IMG/VR virus record: IMGVR_UViG_3300015050_000735
Span: 1 to 42,882 of that record
Direction: 5' to 3' (one strand)
Length of the DNA stretch: 42,882 nt
Origin: a virus
Part shown: positions 41,115-42,882 of the stretch, in pieces
Position numbering within the stretch: position 1 is the first letter of the stretch
How the letters are laid out: the number at the start of each line of letters is the position of its first letter
Position numbers and translations under genes: made by a program
The notes under the pieces: generated by a model
The model's database searches: none
What the model saw: only the letters and a program-made list of their open reading frames with translations
What the model was told of the DNA's origin: nothing

Positions 41115-41735
41115 ATGGACCTCGACAAGGGCCACACGCGGCTCATCATCGATATGTGCCTGAAACACGGGCTGCTCCGCAATCAAGCAGCCTATGTGCT
41201 GGCAACGGCGTGGCACGAGACGGCGCACACGATGAAGCCCGTCCGTGAGTATGGCGGCGAAGCCTATCTCCGCAAGAAGAAATATTACCCCTACGTGGGC
41301 ATGGGCTTCGTGCAGCTCACATGGCTGGAAAACTACAAGAAGGCCAGCAAGGAACTCGGCGTCGATTTCGTGTCAGATCCGAAGAAGCTTCTCGAACCGA
41401 CCTATTCGGCGGAGATCCTTGTCATCGGCTCTCGCGACGGGTGGTTCACCGGCAAGAAACTGTCCGACTATATCACTCTGGCGAAGTCGAATTTCGTGGA
41501 CGCCCGGCGCATCATCAATGGCACCGACAAGGCTGTGATGATCGCCGGCTATGCCAAGGAATACAACGCCGACCTGAAGCGCATTGGATACGGCGAGAAA
41601 ACCTCACCCGTGCCCGTCCAACCTTCCCCGGCTCCGAAGCCAGCCGAACCCGTCAAGCCCGCTCCTGTGGCAGGGAAGGGCGGTTTCTGGGCAATCCTCG
41701 CGTCAATCCTGGCGAAGCTGTTCAAGCGGGGCTGA
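41115..41735 (+). CDS. Endolysin, GH19/COG3179 chitinase-like muramidase with Pro-rich linker and C-terminal amphipathic helix (206 aa)
   Basis: LATAWHETAHTMKPVREYGG...YVGMGFVQLTWLENYKKASKELGVDF...GWFTGKKL...ARRIINGTDKA fits the GH19-like endolysin pattern. The tail is PVPVQPSPAPKPAEPVKPAPVAGKGGFWAILASILAKLFKRG. Confidence 0.78.
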   Translation: MDLDKGHTRLIIDMCLKHGLLRNQAAYVLATAWHETAHTMKPVREYGGEAYLRKKKYYPYVGMGFVQLTWLENYKKASKELGVDFVSDPKKLLEPTYSAEILVIGSRDGWFTGKKLSDYITLAKSNFVDARRIINGTDKAVMIAGYAKEYNADLKRIGYGEKTSPVPVQPSPAPKPAEPVKPAPVAGKGGFWAILASILAKLFKRG

Positions 41736-41924
41736 GGACTTCGCGCCGACAATATGCGTCATCCCGCTTTCCGTCTCGGCAATGAGGCGGTCGTTCCGGA
41801 TGTAGAGCTTCACGATGTTGCTGTCGAAAGCCTCAAGATAGCTTGCTCCCGAACGCGGCTGGACTCCTTCCGGAAGGGGGAAGATCGGCGCTTCGAGGGG
41901 ATACCAACGGCCTGAATATCTCAT
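41703..41924 (-). CDS. Possible reverse-strand protein (73 aa, start at MRYSGRWYPLEAP)
   Basis: This is the only plausible ORF in the 230-bp gap. Moderate GC3 and balanced composition. Its 3' end overlaps the endolysin 3' end by 33 nt. The Shine-Dalgarno is weak. Confidence 0.4.
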   Translation of the reverse strand: MRYSGRWYPLEAPIFPLPEGVQPRSGASYLEAFDSNIVKLYIRNDRLIAETESGMTHIVGAKSSAPLEQLRQD

Positions 41925-41964
41925 TCGCAAACCCTACCACATTCCCTCATTGGAGTGAACAGAA

Positions 41965-42282
41965 ATGACGCCCGAAAGCATCTCGCCAATCCTCATGATT
42001 TTCGTGCGTTACGCCATCCACGGCGTCGGCATTTGGCTTGCCAGCAAGGGCTTCTCCGATAGCGACGTGTCCACCGTTGTCGATCAGCTCGCCTACATCG
42101 TCACCGGGGCGATCATCGCTGCGATTCCTCCAATCTATGCCGCGATCAAGCGCCCGTCCGTCAAGGCGATGGAAACCGCCAAGGCCGTCGATCAGCTTGT
42201 GCCAAAGGGCGAAGACGTGGTGATCAAGACGCCGGCTGGCGTTCCCGACATCGTGGTTCCGGGACAGGATAGGAAGCGCTGA
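41965..42282 (+). CDS. Holin-like membrane protein (105 aa, two hydrophobic helices)
   Basis: ISPILMIFVRYAIHGVGIWLA and LAYIVTGAIIAAIPPIYAAI helices with a charged C-terminus. Located next to the endolysin gene. Confidence 0.55.
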   Translation: MTPESISPILMIFVRYAIHGVGIWLASKGFSDSDVSTVVDQLAYIVTGAIIAAIPPIYAAIKRPSVKAMETAKAVDQLVPKGEDVVIKTPAGVPDIVVPGQDRKR

Positions 42283-42683
42283 TGCTCGCCTCAATCGTCG
42301 CCAAGCTTCTCGGCTCTGCCGGGTTCGGCTTTCTCGACCGCGTTCTAGGCCATCTGGAGCGCAAGGCCGATTCCGAGAACGAACGTCGCAAGATCGATGC
42401 TGCGCGGGAAGCGTCATTCAACGCCGAAGCGGCGGGCGTCGTCAAGGCCGGGATGCAGTTCCCGATGTTTTGGGTGGCATGGTCCATTGCCGCTGTCCCA
42501 ACATGCATCTGGCACGGATGGGGGATGATGGACAGCACCTTGAACGGCGCACTGCCTGACGTGGCCGCGCTTCCGCCGCAGCTCAAGGAATATGCCGATA
42601 TCGTCTTTGGAAATATCTTCTACTCAGGAGCCGCACTAGGCGGGGCACAGGTCATCGCCACAGCCATTAGAGGCCGCAAATAA
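42282..42683 (+). CDS. Membrane protein (133 aa), lysis-cassette member
   Basis: TGATG coupling to the holin-like gene. Hydrophobic segments MQFPMFWVAWSIAAVPTCIW and FYSGAALGGAQVIATAI. Confidence 0.55.
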   Translation: MLASIVAKLLGSAGFGFLDRVLGHLERKADSENERRKIDAAREASFNAEAAGVVKAGMQFPMFWVAWSIAAVPTCIWHGWGMMDSTLNGALPDVAALPPQLKEYADIVFGNIFYSGAALGGAQVIATAIRGRK

Positions 42684-42759
42684 CGAAGCGGGCTGACGCG
42701 CGACGGGCATCGTGCGCCGACCCTGACCAACAGCGATCTCCGGGACCGCCGAAGGCTGA

Positions 42760-42882
42760 TGCACTTTGCATGCCAATGGTTCCTTATTTTCTAACACGGC
42801 TACGAAAGGAACGTAGGCATGGCGACTAGTGGCGTAGAGAGGACTTTGGGCATCCTGCTCGCGAAGGTGGAAGGCATTGAAA
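42760..42882. repeat. Terminal direct repeat, right copy (identical to 1..123)
   Basis: Exact 123-nt identity with the window start. It contains the promoter-proximal region and the first 21 codons of the gene at 60..416. Confidence 0.9.

Overview
The window is a complete phage genome of about 42.76 kb. Its first 123 bases are repeated exactly as its last 123 bases. It is high-GC, and several protein families look alphaproteobacterial/Rhizobiales-like (host assignment is inference from memory of those families). Genes are tightly packed, and many neighbours share ATGA or TGATG stop/start overlaps. Layout: (i) 676..10526, minus strand, is an early/recombination operon. It encodes a Rad52-family annealing protein, SSB, lambda NinB-like protein, HNH nuclease, MazG-like protein, an excisionase-type HTH protein and many small unknowns. 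(ii) 10527..11859 is a lambdoid-style control region: a leftward promoter, a minus-strand terminator, a ~530-bp ORF-free hairpin-rich stretch, and divergent cI-like and cro-like HTH genes that share operator words with the leftward promoter. (iii) 12248..19728, plus strand, carries two DNA methyltransferases, HNH-type genes, RusA, a DnaA-domain-IV-like protein and a NusG/RfaH-like regulator. (iv) 19969..40879, plus strand, is a T7-like podovirus morphogenesis module: terS, terL, portal, scaffold, capsid, adaptor, nozzle, three internal virion proteins and a fibre. (v) A lysis cassette at 41115..42683 continues across the junction into 60..416. I saw no integrase, DNA or RNA polymerase, tRNA, rRNA or CRISPR array. 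The most unusual observations are: an HNH endonuclease gene nested out of frame inside a methyltransferase gene whose own frame stays open; a 938-aa protein made of five tandem T7 gp11-like adaptor modules; an early protein whose C-terminal half is a Gly-Asn/Gly-Tyr array encoded by a hexanucleotide repeat, in a two-gene cassette flanked by 20-nt perfect direct repeats; and the ORF-free structured region in the immunity locus. All functional calls rest on motif recognition by eye and need database confirmation.
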